A stretch of DNA of 27,376 nucleotides, taken from an uncultured Deinococcales bacterium. GTDB taxonomy: Bacteria > Deinococcota > Deinococci > Deinococcales > JAAFIG01. The notes beneath the pieces were generated by a model. That model ran no database searches, was not told where the DNA came from, and worked only from the letters and a program-made list of their open reading frames with translations. Where the stretch lies: positions 1 to 27,376 of the forward strand of contig CAXTTL010000035.1 in assembly GCA_964247135.1 (NCBI GenBank), read 5' to 3'. Positions 9,332 to 17,020 of this stretch are shown here, piece by piece. Position numbers and translations under genes: made by a program. Within the stretch, counting starts at the first letter, position 1, and each line of letters opens with the position of its first letter.

Positions 9332-9373
9332 TTCAATCCTAGCGTTTTGCACTAAGGGGTCGTCAAATCCCGT
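9332..9373 (-). promoter_or_regulatory. padR promoter, 42-bp direct repeat copy 2
   Basis: TTGACG (9361-9366), 19-bp spacer with dyad, TAGGAT (9336-9341), 6 nt, ATG 9329. Confidence 0.75.
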
Positions 9374-9412
9374 AACTCGAGTCTTCTGTTTTTGGAAAAT
9401 CCGTTTTATCGA

Positions 9413-9462
9413 TGATGGTTCGGATTTATCGAAAAATTGATGGTTCGGATTTATCGAAAAAT
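9413..9462. repeat. Perfect 25-bp tandem repeat, two copies (TGATGGTTCGGATTTATCGAAAAAT)
   Basis: Copies at 9413-9437 and 9438-9462; degenerate partial unit CCGTTTTATCGA at 9401-9412. Confidence 0.9.
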
Positions 9463-9491
9463 CTCGCTCTCCCCTATTGTGTTTAAATTTA

Positions 9492-9523
9492 GTATAGCAC
9501 ATAAGTAAGATTATGTGCTATAC
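9492..9523. other. Candidate tyrosine-recombinase crossover site (dif/lox-like)
   Basis: Perfect 13-bp inverted arms GTATAGCACATAA / TTATGTGCTATAC around the asymmetric 6-bp spacer GTAAGA; CATAA-N6-TTATGT core as in dif. Confidence 0.7.
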
Positions 9524-9533
9524 AATTTGAGGC

Positions 9534-9569
9534 TTGATTTAGCCACATCAATGCGGCTAAACTACAAGC
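9534..9569 (+). promoter_or_regulatory. Promoter with overlapping dyad operator
   Basis: TTGATT (9534-9539), N18, TAAACT (9558-9563), N6, ATG 9570. Dyad TTTAGCCACAT-CA-ATGCGGCTAAA at 9538-9561 (1 mismatch). Confidence 0.6.
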
Positions 9570-9698
9570 ATGATTCAGGACGAAATGAAAAAACCCCCGA
9601 ACGGAGGCGACTGGATTTGTGAGAAGATTTTGAACTCGAGAAAACCGAAGAACGAATTAAACCTTAGTCCAAAACTCGAGGTTTGTCAAGATGGATGA
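9570..9698 (+). CDS. Putative 42-aa leaderless ORF overlapping the parB-like start
   Basis: MIQDEMKKPPNGGDWICEKILNSRKPKNELNLSPKLEVCQDG; ATGGATGA overlap with 9691; below the ORF-track cutoff. Confidence 0.4.
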   Translation: MIQDEMKKPPNGGDWICEKILNSRKPKNELNLSPKLEVCQDG

Positions 9699-10251
9699 AA
9701 TTACCCGCACCGAAACCGCGATCCGCGAACTCGCCCAACTGCTGAAGACCAACCGCGAGCACGCCATTAAATTGATCCGCAAAATCAACAACGAAAAACG
9801 CGGCACCATCCCCGTCACCACCGGACCGCGCAGGGTCGCTGAGGTGATCGACCTGGTCAACCGTCACGGTTGGAAGCTCAGGGAATTTTCAGAACGCAAA
9901 ATTCCACTGCTCGAGCTGCCCCACGACCTCGAGATACTGGTGCGAGCAGGGAAACTACAGCCCACCAAGGCGCTCTGGCTGGCGAGAATCCTCGACGAGG
10001 ATCAGCGCACGGATTTTACCTTCACTGTGCTGGCGGGCAAGCTGAGCGTGGCGCAGATCAAGGTCAAAATCGAGGGGAAAACCTCTGGCAAGAAAACCTC
10101 GCTCGAGCAGCAAGAGTTGGATCAGGTTGCCAAGGCACTCGAGCACAAGTTGATGACCAGGGTGATCGTCAAGAAGAACCAGGTGATCTTGTATTACCAC
10201 GACAGGGAGTCGCTGGATGCGATTTTGGATCGGTTTGAACTCGAGTTTTAG
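9691..10251 (+). CDS. ParB/Spo0J-like protein lacking the N-terminal CTPase domain
   Basis: LLELPHDLEILVRAGKLQPTKALWLARI and LSVAQIK (helical DNA-binding region) plus LEHKLMTRVIVKKNQVILYYHDRESLDAILDRF (C-terminal dimerisation). No GxRR motif; in-frame stop at 9658-9660. Confidence 0.8.
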   Translation: MDEITRTETAIRELAQLLKTNREHAIKLIRKINNEKRGTIPVTTGPRRVAEVIDLVNRHGWKLREFSERKIPLLELPHDLEILVRAGKLQPTKALWLARILDEDQRTDFTFTVLAGKLSVAQIKVKIEGKTSGKKTSLEQQELDQVAKALEHKLMTRVIVKKNQVILYYHDRESLDAILDRFELEF

Positions 10252-10341
10252 TGTTGTTGAACTGATGGTTTGCCTTTACAATGGGATACGGTTTGCATAC
10301 TAAAATACCTCAAAAATGATGTCAACTGACGGGAGACGATT

Positions 10342-10824
10342 GTGCTTTATCGATTCACCTATGCCCCATTCAAAGTCGGGCGAGACAGTTTCAACAAGTT
10401 TTATCAACTCATCACCAATCCATCACCTTTGGCTTGGATTTTGATTGTGGGTGTCGCCTTTATTTCAGGCTGGTTTTTGAATTACGAACTTGTAGGGTTG
10501 GGTTTGACCGTTGTGTTTGGTATCGCGCTTCTTGTGTTTTTACCGAAAGCGGTCGTTGACTTAAAATTGTTGATCGTGGATCAAGCCCCTAGCCAAGAAT
10601 ATCGTTGGTGGCAAAAGTTAACTGACAGATATTGCAATACTGTTTTTCAACACAATTTATGTACGCTCATGACAGTCTTTTCATACCTGATTATCGCGAT
10701 AAATCCGATCATACCGTTCTTAAAATCAACTCGATCTCCAGTTGTGATTGTTCTTGTTGGCTTGATCATGATGTTTGGCCAAGTCACTCGGGTTTTGAGG
10801 CTATGGTCGTCAAAGCAAAGCTGA
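10342..10824 (+). CDS. Hypothetical 4-TM membrane protein, paralog of 4743-5219
   Basis: GGGAG RBS, GTG start; motifs shared with 4743-5219. Confidence 0.75.
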   Translation: MLYRFTYAPFKVGRDSFNKFYQLITNPSPLAWILIVGVAFISGWFLNYELVGLGLTVVFGIALLVFLPKAVVDLKLLIVDQAPSQEYRWWQKLTDRYCNTVFQHNLCTLMTVFSYLIIAINPIIPFLKSTRSPVVIVLVGLIMMFGQVTRVLRLWSSKQS

Positions 10825-10876
10825 TCTGGCGCGTCAAAAACGTCGCAGGGCGGCTTGAGTTGCGTGACCAAGCGTT

Positions 10877-10891
10877 GGTTCTGTCAACTTG
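10877..10891. repeat. Orphan IS6 terminal inverted repeat
   Basis: GGTTCTGTCAACTTG, the reverse complement of 11721-11735; 53 bp outside the IR at 10930. Confidence 0.85.
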
Positions 10892-10929
10892 AGGTGCGTC
10901 GGAGTAAGCCCGAGCGATGCCTTCTGATC

Positions 10930-11735
10930 GGTTCTGTCAACTTAGCAACGTCATGCAGCAGGTCCGAAACACCTCGAACTATTCAAGCGTTCAATATTTA
11001 ACTCGGTGACACGCTCGCCAGCACTACGCCCCAACTTTGAAACGCATTCTGCCACCCAGCTCGAGTTTCTCCTGCTGTTCCCCGCTTTTTCTTGAACACG
11101 TTCCTCACAAAATCCCGACACCGCCATTGAACCTCGAGCTGCGCTGGTGGTGACCGCCAACCTCGAGACACCCGCTGCTTGTCTCGCCTGTGTTCATGAT
11201 CCCGCTCAATGCGATTGTTTAACCGAGCATCAGATTTGACGAACACGTGCTTGACCATCTCGAGCACTGGAATTTCATTCCACGCCGCCTTGTACGAACC
11301 AAGTTGATCGGTGATGATCTTTTCAGGCATGAACTCCAACCCCTCGAGCAGTGTCTCAAAGAAACGCTTAGCAGCCTCGGTGTTACGAGCGTCTTGCAGC
11401 AAGATGTCCAAGACCATGCCGTGTTCGTCCACGGCTCTCCAGCGACCATGCCCGAGAGGTGCGTTTTATGGTCAAGACACAACCACCTGACCTTGCCTTG
11501 CGCGACGACGTGCATCTCGTCCAGATGCCATGTCTTGCCTGGTGCGGCTCGACGATGATACCGCGCTCGAGCAGCATTTCTTGAACGGTGCGTAAACTTA
11601 GGGTGAAGCGATTGAGCAGCCATAAGGCGTGATGAATGACTGCCTTGGGAAAACGATGCCCAGCGTAGCGAGCAGGATCGGTTGGGTCAGTGGGCATCAG
11701 TCGAGTTTACCCCGCTTCACCAAGTTGACAGAACC
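10930..11735 (-). mobile_element. IS6-family insertion sequence (defective)
   Basis: 14-bp terminal IRs GGTTCTGTCAACTT (10930-10943) and AAGTTGACAGAACC (11722-11735); no target-site duplication seen. Confidence 0.92.
10998..11697 (-). pseudogene. IS6-family DDE transposase, frameshifted
   Basis: Motifs split over three frames: YAGHRFP...LSLRTVQEMLLERGIIV / WHLDE / WRAVDEHGMVLDILLQ, IITDQLGSY, LNNRIERDH. Internal deletion near 11550 and 38-bp insertion at 11442-11479. Confidence 0.92.
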
Positions 11736-11778
11736 CTTTGAACACCATACAGATGTGCTTCTTTGCTACGATAAGACA

Positions 11779-12366
11779 ATGTTTTCAGCCCATCTTGCCA
11801 AACCCAACGAACTGCCCAGCACCTTCGAGCTTTCTAATGTCGAACGCACCCTGGAGCAGCGTGCCTACCTCAAAACTTTTGATTTCAGCTGTAAATTCTG
11901 TCAAGGTAGGTTGATCGTCGCCGCAGGCTGGCACAAAGCTTGGCATTTCCGTCACCGCGAGAAACAACCATGTCGTTACATCGAACAAAAAGGCGGTCAA
12001 GAAACCCGCCAACACCTGGCACTCAAATACGCGGTTTATACGTGGTTAAAAAACAAATACCCTGATGCCAGCCTCGAGACAGACCGCGACCTTAAACCGA
12101 TCAACGCACGAATCCCTGATGTTGTGCTCGAGTATCAGGGAGAAAAAATTGCCTTTGAATGCCAATATTCAAAACTCGAACTTAGCGAATTGCAGCAACG
12201 AACCCGAGACTTGCAGGCGGCAGGGCTTGATGTGGTGTGGATCATCGCGGATCGGCAATGGTCAAACTTCCAACAACACATTGAATGGCTGCATTCACAG
12301 AACTGTGAGGTCATGCAAGCTACCATCGAAGAATCCAGCGAGCTTGTCCATGAACAAACAATTTAA
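11779..12366 (+). CDS. CoiA-like protein (Zn finger plus PD-(D/E)xK nuclease domain)
   Basis: CKFC...WHFRH...C, ETRQHLALK, RIPDV...IAFECQYS, RTRDLQAAGLDVVWI; leaderless TACGAT-N6-ATG 11779. Confidence 0.85.
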   Translation: MFSAHLAKPNELPSTFELSNVERTLEQRAYLKTFDFSCKFCQGRLIVAAGWHKAWHFRHREKQPCRYIEQKGGQETRQHLALKYAVYTWLKNKYPDASLETDRDLKPINARIPDVVLEYQGEKIAFECQYSKLELSELQQRTRDLQAAGLDVVWIIADRQWSNFQQHIEWLHSQNCEVMQATIEESSELVHEQTI

Positions 12367-13207
12367 GCTTAACGTCAAACTCGAGGTCTACCCACAAGGG
12401 ATTCAACTTTATGGGATCAACCTTAAAGTGATACTACCCACGCAAGCAATTGCAAGATACATTCAGCGTTTGATTCATGCTAACCAGCGCATCGCACTGA
12501 AGGCATTTTCGATCAAGCTCACACTCTTTCAAACCCAAGAGGCAATCGTCTTGCCAACAGAGCAACTGAATGCCTTGATCTTTGAACGAGCGATCCTCAG
12601 CAAGTTAACCACAGTCCTCAAACGGCGAGTTTCGGTTCATCAACTCGAGACCCAATTGGCACAACGAAGTCCCGAGCTTCTCAATGGTTGGCGAACCTAC
12701 CGAAACTCCACCCGTGCGCTCGAGCGCCTACGCTGGTTGACCCCTGACACCCTGACCGAACCACCCTGGATCAGCCTCCAGCACGCTGCGCCGCGACCCT
12801 CGAGCGAACTGCAATCCTCAATGCAAAGTCTAACCCAAAAATCCGATTGGCTTGCATTGCGGTTTTGGCGAGGATATTGCAAAAACCAAGAAACCCTTGA
12901 CACCATGCGTCGTCTCGAGCCAGACCTCGACATTTGTGAGGAAATCGAGCGTCACCACACCGCCAGGGCAAACCAATCCAACAACGGAGGTTTGTACGCC
13001 ATTCGCTTCCCAGATGGCTTGATTTTCGAGGACAGAGGCTACCGACATATCATCATAAATGGAATGTACGAACTGCGTTCACCCAGTGGCAACCTGGCAG
13101 CCTCCGTCAGAGAGACCATCCCGCCATACGTCCTTCAACAACTGTCCAGACTCCCTCGAGAGATCGGAGAGACGGGTTTGGTGATGGTTCAAGAACTCAA
13201 AGCCTGA
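12350..13207 (+). CDS. Hypothetical protein, operonic with the CoiA-like gene
   Basis: ATG 12350 (MNKQFKL) overlaps the CoiA-like 3' end by 17 nt; 285 aa. Confidence 0.65.
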   Translation: MNKQFKLNVKLEVYPQGIQLYGINLKVILPTQAIARYIQRLIHANQRIALKAFSIKLTLFQTQEAIVLPTEQLNALIFERAILSKLTTVLKRRVSVHQLETQLAQRSPELLNGWRTYRNSTRALERLRWLTPDTLTEPPWISLQHAAPRPSSELQSSMQSLTQKSDWLALRFWRGYCKNQETLDTMRRLEPDLDICEEIERHHTARANQSNNGGLYAIRFPDGLIFEDRGYRHIIINGMYELRSPSGNLAASVRETIPPYVLQQLSRLPREIGETGLVMVQELKA

Positions 13208-13278
13208 TTCGTTCGTCTCGAGTGATCTTACCTTTGTGGGCGATACCCAGCATCTTTGGCGTGTTGTTCGGCTTCATT

Positions 13279-13746
13279 TTAAACTCCGATATAACAGTGG
13301 GGAACTCGAGTAAAAATGTCGTCGAGTGCCGTCTCATATGCTTCCCACAATTCATGAATCGAGCGTGCTTGTGGTATCAAAAACTGCATTTCATCACGGC
13401 TAAAACAGTAACGCTGATGATTGATTTCCTGATTGTAATGTGATTTAAACTTGGGGTGCTGGGTATTGATTCGAATGAGAGGAAGCCTCATCAGCACGCT
13501 GTTACGGTACAGCAGAATCCAATCCTCGGCTTCATAATGTTTGTATTTTCCGTAATCATACTTGTATTCAAATCCCAGCGGTTCTACCTGATGGCATTTG
13601 CAAAGGAATTCGTCATGCTCGAGGAAGTACATGGCGATTGGAATTTGTTTGAAAATGGTGGGCTTGATTGATTTGCCATCAATTTGCAATGCCAGGACGT
13701 TTAACCGGACTGGTGACAAATTCACGTTCGCTGTCCACATCGTCAT
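13279..13746 (-). CDS. Hypothetical protein
   Basis: GAGGG RBS; 155 aa; follows 13779-14549 on the same strand. Confidence 0.65.
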   Translation of the reverse strand: MTMWTANVNLSPVRLNVLALQIDGKSIKPTIFKQIPIAMYFLEHDEFLCKCHQVEPLGFEYKYDYGKYKHYEAEDWILLYRNSVLMRLPLIRINTQHPKFKSHYNQEINHQRYCFSRDEMQFLIPQARSIHELWEAYETALDDIFTRVPHCYIGV

Positions 13747-13778
13747 GGTGCCCTCGAGATTTGGGATGAATTTGGTCG

Positions 13779-14549
13779 TTAAGGAAGTTTGTTTAGGTCA
13801 AACGAACAAAAATCGCTTTTGCGCCAGCCGTGCTGAAAGGTGACCTTGCCGTCTTTGATTGCGCCAGCTTTCAATAAGCTGCTGAGGCTAAACTCGGCTC
13901 GGTAGTACGTTGTGTATTTGGTATACGATTGACTGACTTGCACCGAAGTTGAATCGACCACGATTTTTTCTGCTCCGACCCGTTGGCTCTCGGCAATCGC
14001 AACAACTTGTTGCAAGCGTTCAGGTCTGGTGTAGGTGGCATCGTCATATTCAACATAAACGCGATCTTGTTTCCCCAAGGAAACAATCGCGGTTTTGAGT
14101 TCCTCGTTCCCCACCGCATTTTCAAGATTCATAACACTGTTGCGAATGATGCGTTCTCCAATTGCCGCTTCGCCAAGCAGATAGCAAACGGAATTCGGAA
14201 CTGTGCCGATTTTCTGACCTGTTGCTTTGATTTCAGCGATTGAGGGGTTTGTCAAAATCAATACGCCTCCCTTACCATCGGCGTTGGGTCCAACGTAAGC
14301 GGCGAAACGAAGCGGTTCATAGAGACTAGGAAAAGAGGCTTCGGATCGGTCATTCACCAGGGCGCCGCCACTACTCAACGGAGTGTAGTCTGGATCGGTG
14401 CCATACGAATTTGGAACAATGGTCGGCGTTTGAAAAAGCAGCGCCATTTTGTCGTACCAGTTTTCGTCTACCTGCGTTCCGAATTGAGAGCTTTGCGCGA
14501 GAACAACAGACAAAGCCAGAATCAATGTGACCATGATTGTTTTGATCAT
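13779..14549 (-). CDS. Secreted hypothetical protein
   Basis: Signal peptide MIKTIMVTLILALSVVLA/Q; leaderless TAGAAT-N6-ATG. Confidence 0.75.
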   Translation of the reverse strand: MIKTIMVTLILALSVVLAQSSQFGTQVDENWYDKMALLFQTPTIVPNSYGTDPDYTPLSSGGALVNDRSEASFPSLYEPLRFAAYVGPNADGKGGVLILTNPSIAEIKATGQKIGTVPNSVCYLLGEAAIGERIIRNSVMNLENAVGNEELKTAIVSLGKQDRVYVEYDDATYTRPERLQQVVAIAESQRVGAEKIVVDSTSVQVSQSYTKYTTYYRAEFSLSSLLKAGAIKDGKVTFQHGWRKSDFCSFDLNKLP

Positions 14550-14657
14550 GCTTTGATTCTAGTGACTCGAGTTCTGGTCTGCAAGCACGGTGGGCAGGTT
14601 TTGCTTGGAATTCACACGCAAGAGGCTTTGATTCTCAGCCTCAAAGGTTACTTGCAA

Positions 14658-15152
14658 TTACCGAGCGTTGAACACGATATCGTGCGAAGCAATCCCAAAC
14701 ATGACCAGCCATCCGCTCACGCGCAGGTAATGGCTGAGCCTGCGGTGAACGCCAGCGACGGTCACGCCATCGTCACGGCTTGGATTGGCTTTGAACCACT
14801 CGAGCAGCGACCCTTTGAAGACAGATGTCAGGTCGCTCCCGTACTCGATCATACGTCGGTACAGCTTGGGCATGATCAGTTGCCCGTTGGCTTCGACATC
14901 CGAGATCGCCCGCAATTTGAAACCCGAGCTGTGATCGAGTTTCCATAACCCACGCCTGGCGCGGTCCGCCTCGAGGCTCGCCGCCCGTAACATTTGATTT
15001 TCCCTGTTGGCGGAATCGTAAAACGCCGAGTAAGCATGCTTGGACTCGAGCATCGTGTGATTCAGACTCGCCTTGACGGAATTCTTGTCAAACCATTCAA
15101 GTTTCGTGTCGTGTTGATTTGAACGTTCTTGGTCGGTATTGCCACAACGACT
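14658..15152 (-). pseudogene. 5'-truncated thermonuclease (SNase-like) gene remnant
   Basis: SLNHTMLESKHAYSAFY...ADRARRGLW...IMPKLYRR resembles the C-terminal half of SNase-like proteins. The frame is closed by a stop at 15153-15155; no catalytic N-terminus. Confidence 0.55.
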
Positions 15153-15292
15153 TCACATTCATGCGTTCGGTGTAAATTGTATTGAGCGAAAATCTCTTGT
15201 CTCCAACGGGTAATTTAGCTCTGTCGTATGTTGCAATTGGCAAAATGTGATAAATTAGAATTCAAATAGGAAACCCATAACTGGAGAATCGC

Positions 15293-16129
15293 ATGAACAA
15301 ACGTATTGCAATATTGATCCTTACTTTGATGGCACTGATCTCCTGTGCTCCGACATCGGCACCGAATCAACTTTCGGCGCCGGTTGTGGATGTTTTCGGT
15401 GTGATGTCTCCTCCGCTGCCAACTTCGGCGTCACCTCAGTCCTCAACAACACCTCAGACTTTGACACCATCGCCACCCTTGACATCAGACCCCACAGAAC
15501 CTGGCAAACAATTGCCAGTCCCGCTTGGGATGAACAATGATAACGGACAGCTCAATTTGACTCGAGTCTCCACAGAGGACCAGCCGAGTCTTGAATTTGT
15601 GGGGACTGACGACACGGTTTTTATTGCCGGTCAAGATTCGAGTGGCAATGTGGTCACGAATTTTGAAAGCTTACAACCAGGTGTATATACGATAACGTTC
15701 AGTAAATCTGGTTATGACCCCAAAATCGCAACTGTCACAATCAAGGTCAAGGAGAAGGTGGTCATTCAAGTTCCAGATTTGACCCGTATCTCTGGTGATA
15801 CCTCAAATATCGCTCCAATTCAATTTAACGGCGGGAGTTTTAAATTTACAATTTTAATTGTCAATACTGTAACAAATATATTTATCACCAACATTTCGCA
15901 ATTGTCCGGCGGTACTTACCGTGTTATCTTTGTTAAATCGGGGTTTGCTTCGCAAACTACAACAGTTTCCACACAGCCTGGCATTGTTATTCAGATCACT
16001 GTCCCAACACCAATTCTAGCCCAGCCCACAACCACACCCTCCAGTGGCCCTGCGCCAGGATTGTGCTGGGTTAACGGTTATTATCGCAAAAACGGGACTT
16101 GGGTGAATGGGTATTGGCGTAGGTGTTAA
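15293..16129 (+). CDS. Lipoprotein with P/S/T linker, two PEGA-like repeats and C-terminal WVNGY repeat
   Basis: GGAGA RBS; lipobox LIS-C; repeats LQPGVYTITFSKSGY and LSGGTYRVIFVKSGF; tail CWVNGYYRKNGTWVNGYWRRC. Confidence 0.8.
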   Translation: MNKRIAILILTLMALISCAPTSAPNQLSAPVVDVFGVMSPPLPTSASPQSSTTPQTLTPSPPLTSDPTEPGKQLPVPLGMNNDNGQLNLTRVSTEDQPSLEFVGTDDTVFIAGQDSSGNVVTNFESLQPGVYTITFSKSGYDPKIATVTIKVKEKVVIQVPDLTRISGDTSNIAPIQFNGGSFKFTILIVNTVTNIFITNISQLSGGTYRVIFVKSGFASQTTTVSTQPGIVIQITVPTPILAQPTTTPSSGPAPGLCWVNGYYRKNGTWVNGYWRRC

Positions 16130-16217
16130 ATGAAGCATCGAAATGTACTCTGGCTTGCGAGGTTGCGATAAACGAGAACGTGCGCAAGGCTGATATCTTG
16201 CCATGAGTGCGTTTAGC

Positions 16218-16982
16218 TTAACGAGCCGCGCGATACCCAGCGGCTTGTGCGTCTGCAACCGTCGCAAAACACGCCACCGCTCGAGTTCGCGCATAATTTG
16301 CATCCCCTTGCGGCAAATGGTAAATCCCCGACCGCGAGCCTTTGATCGGCGCAGATTCTGGGCAAGAGCCATCGGGGTTCGGCAAGACCAAACCAACGGG
16401 CTGAGACGGCGTTGGAACAGTCGCTGGGGGTTCAGAGGGCTGAATGGCTGGCGAGCTGGGTTGTGGGGTATTTGGCACCACACCAGGGGGTGTGGGGATC
16501 ACCTTTGAAGGATCGCTGCCGTCCGTGAGGTTTCCGAGGTAATCCTTGTACGCCTGTGGCCAGTTGGCAGCGATCTCTTGCTGCACTTGTTTAAGGTCTA
16601 GCCTTCCGCTGCAAACCAGATCACGCAGCGCGTTTTCCAAGCGGTCTTTGATCCGATAGTTTAATGGACTCGTGAAGCCCGCCTCGGGCCAGAGATTGCG
16701 CACCGAGTTCGAGCCACCCAACTCGAGCGCCACCAAGTGATCCACCTCCCAATCCTCGCCCACTTTTTTGACCAGACCATACATTTGGAAAACCTGGCGC
16801 TTGGTCGCGGCGGAGACATTGCGAACTCGAGCCGAATACCCACTGACACAAACCACGTTGGCATCTGAAGTCAGAACATCGCCTGGGGTGAGGCTCGAGT
16901 CGGGGATCATCGGTGGACTCGAACTTTGTGCCAAGCCCAAGCCGAACCAGACCAGTAGCAAAGTGAACAAACGTCGTTTCAT
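16218..16982 (-). CDS. Secreted HNH-like endonuclease with C-terminal Ada-metal-binding-like domain
   Basis: Signal peptide ending GLGLA/Q; EVDHLVALELGGSNSVRNLWPE; Pro-rich linker; CP...IKG...IYHLP...CF....AQAAGYRA; leaderless TAGATT-N6-ATG. Confidence 0.8.
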   Translation of the reverse strand: MKRRLFTLLLVWFGLGLAQSSSPPMIPDSSLTPGDVLTSDANVVCVSGYSARVRNVSAATKRQVFQMYGLVKKVGEDWEVDHLVALELGGSNSVRNLWPEAGFTSPLNYRIKDRLENALRDLVCSGRLDLKQVQQEIAANWPQAYKDYLGNLTDGSDPSKVIPTPPGVVPNTPQPSSPAIQPSEPPATVPTPSQPVGLVLPNPDGSCPESAPIKGSRSGIYHLPQGDANYARTRAVACFATVADAQAAGYRAAR

Positions 16983-17020
16983 CGCCTTAATCTACACGCT
17001 CGAGACGAATACCAAGTCGA

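Noticed and set aside
9413-9462. Possible CRISPR array
   Set aside because: Only two directly adjacent units, no spacers and no cas genes.
9492-9523. Protelomerase site, terminator or RDRM/DdrO box
   Set aside because: The spacer is not palindromic, the stem is AT-rich and lies between divergent genes, and the arms are oriented opposite to the RDRM pattern TTATG...CATAA.
11383-11697. Programmed frameshift expression of the transposase
   Set aside because: IS6 transposases are single ORFs; the breaks are explained by a deletion and a 38-bp insertion.
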